A stretch of DNA of 52,101 nucleotides, counting the filler, from Squatina squatina (taxonomy: Eukaryota): assembly GCA_031763465.1 (NCBI GenBank). It is 3 parts of 3 records of this genome, joined end to end, with 100 filler letters (N's around TTAATTAATTAA, not from the genome) between each part and the next. Parts side by side here need not be neighbours in the genome. Positions count along the whole stretch, not along the records: positions 34,565 to 52,101 come from JARFOE010000115.1; 2 more parts are not named here. One strand, given 5' to 3'. This document shows positions 50,370-52,101 of the stretch, in pieces. The notes beneath the pieces were generated by a model, which worked only from the letters and a program-made list of their open reading frames with translations, made no database searches and was not told the origin of the DNA. The stretch's first letter is position 1. Every line of letters starts with the position of its first letter. Both the position numbers and the translations under genes were made by a program.

Positions 50370-51436
50370 NNNNNNNNNNNNNNNNNNNNNNNNNNNNNNN
50401 NNNNNNNNNNNNNNNNNNNNNNNNNNNNNNNNNNNNNNNNNNNNNNNNNNNNNNNNNNNNNNNNNNNNNTTTACAACAGTTAAGTTAGTGTCTCTTTCAG
50501 ATCAATAAACAGCTTGACTTTAGCAGATCTCTCCGCAATAACTTTTGCAATTTATGTCCTGGGCGAGCTGCTTTTTTTTGTCACAGAGATCACCCGTGAA
50601 ATGTCTCATTAACATCCGCAAGAAGGGAACAGGTCAACTGGTTATTGCAGACCATAGTGAACCCAGTCGGTCAAAACAAACTTCCGAGGTACAAGAGCTG
50701 CCCCCTTGAGAAATCGAACAGTTAATCACCTCACACCAAGGTTCATAAACCGGACTCCCCTATTGAGACAGGCATCACTAATGACTCTTCCCTTCGCAGG
50801 CTCACTACAATAGCAAACAAAGAAACTCAAAGATCACAGCCTGGTGATCAGTACGTTGATGATTTCAACTCCCCTCTTCCCCATCCCCCCAACACCTCCC
50901 CACCACCATATCCTCTCCCCACACCCACAACCCCTCCCCAACATATGGTTGCTATTGGATATGGACAACTGCACTCACAACATCAACGCACCAATGTATC
51001 CTCCTGAATCGTGACAAAACTGCAGTAAGTTCACAAACATATATATTCTTTTTTCTGAATTAAGAAAAGTAAGGTTAATGCTCAGGTAGGAAAACTAAAT
51101 TTTAACTAGTTTGTTTTGAAACAAGTTTATAACATGGAGTAAATTGGATATACTGTTGAGGAGAACACAAGTTAAAGCTTGTTTATTTGTTCTGACAAGA
51201 CACAATGGCAATCATCACTTAATACCATCAAGCTGCAGAAGATACAATGAATCTGTTTAACTATTCCAGTCATAATCAGCAGTGTGAGTTGGCCATTCTG
51301 AAATACAGTTTTTGTACTTGACGTAGAAAAACTACCAATCTCCTCATAGTTCTCAATTTAACACATCAGTTTAAGAATAAGGTTTTGAAAAAGTGATATG
51401 AATCAGTCATCAACCCGCGAATGAAAAGGTTTCTGA

Positions 51437-51742
<306 letters not shown>

Positions 51743-52101
51743 TTATTAGATTCAAGCTGAAAGTCCCCCTGTATTCTGCTGAAAAGCAGATTAGCTGTGC
51801 TATAAATTTTTTAATTGTTTGCTGCATTTTATAATTAAAGAGTAAAAATGCCTTTTTGATTTATTAATTGATGGGAACTTGTTAATTTTAGGTGCTCAAC
51901 CTTTGCCCGAGCGGAGCTGCCCATGGACTTCCTGGATGTCTTTTCAGTGGCTGCACCCTACCATCTGAACAGGGCACAACAATTGGTCCTATCCCAGGGG
52001 TTCCATAATATGTTAATAGCCTAAAGTATGTAAATTCTATTTATTGGCAATTTGGAACAGGTTAATTAAAGCATTTATATTTTTTCTCTTGTACCAAGCT
52101 G

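Overview
Eukaryotic, vertebrate DNA. The repeat content (Deu-domain SacSINE1-like SINEs, CR1/L2 LINEs, Penelope-like ends, Harbinger Myb/SANT fragments) points to a cartilaginous fish, probably a shark. The draft is heavily gapped (100-N gaps) and three scaffolds are joined by artificial N44-TTAATTAATTAA-N44 spacers at 15777-15876 and 34465-34564. Scaffold 1 (1-15776) has exons of genes that map to human 10q24: MFSD13A/TMEM180 (-), a C10orf95 orthologue (+), the last exon of SLF2/FAM178A (+) and two class-4 semaphorin exons (+, SEMA4G by synteny). Scaffold 2 (15877-34464) has no host exon I can recognise and is rich in transposable elements. Scaffold 3 (34565-52101) has four PDE10A exons (+), the last RBBP9 exon (-), and a stop-free 164-codon ORF (41591-42085, -) that looks like the C-terminus of a viral envelope/fusion glycoprotein, followed by a polypurine tract. 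That endogenous viral candidate is the most interesting unexplained element. Gene identities are from remembered similarity to human proteins, not from database searches, and repeat boundaries are approximate.
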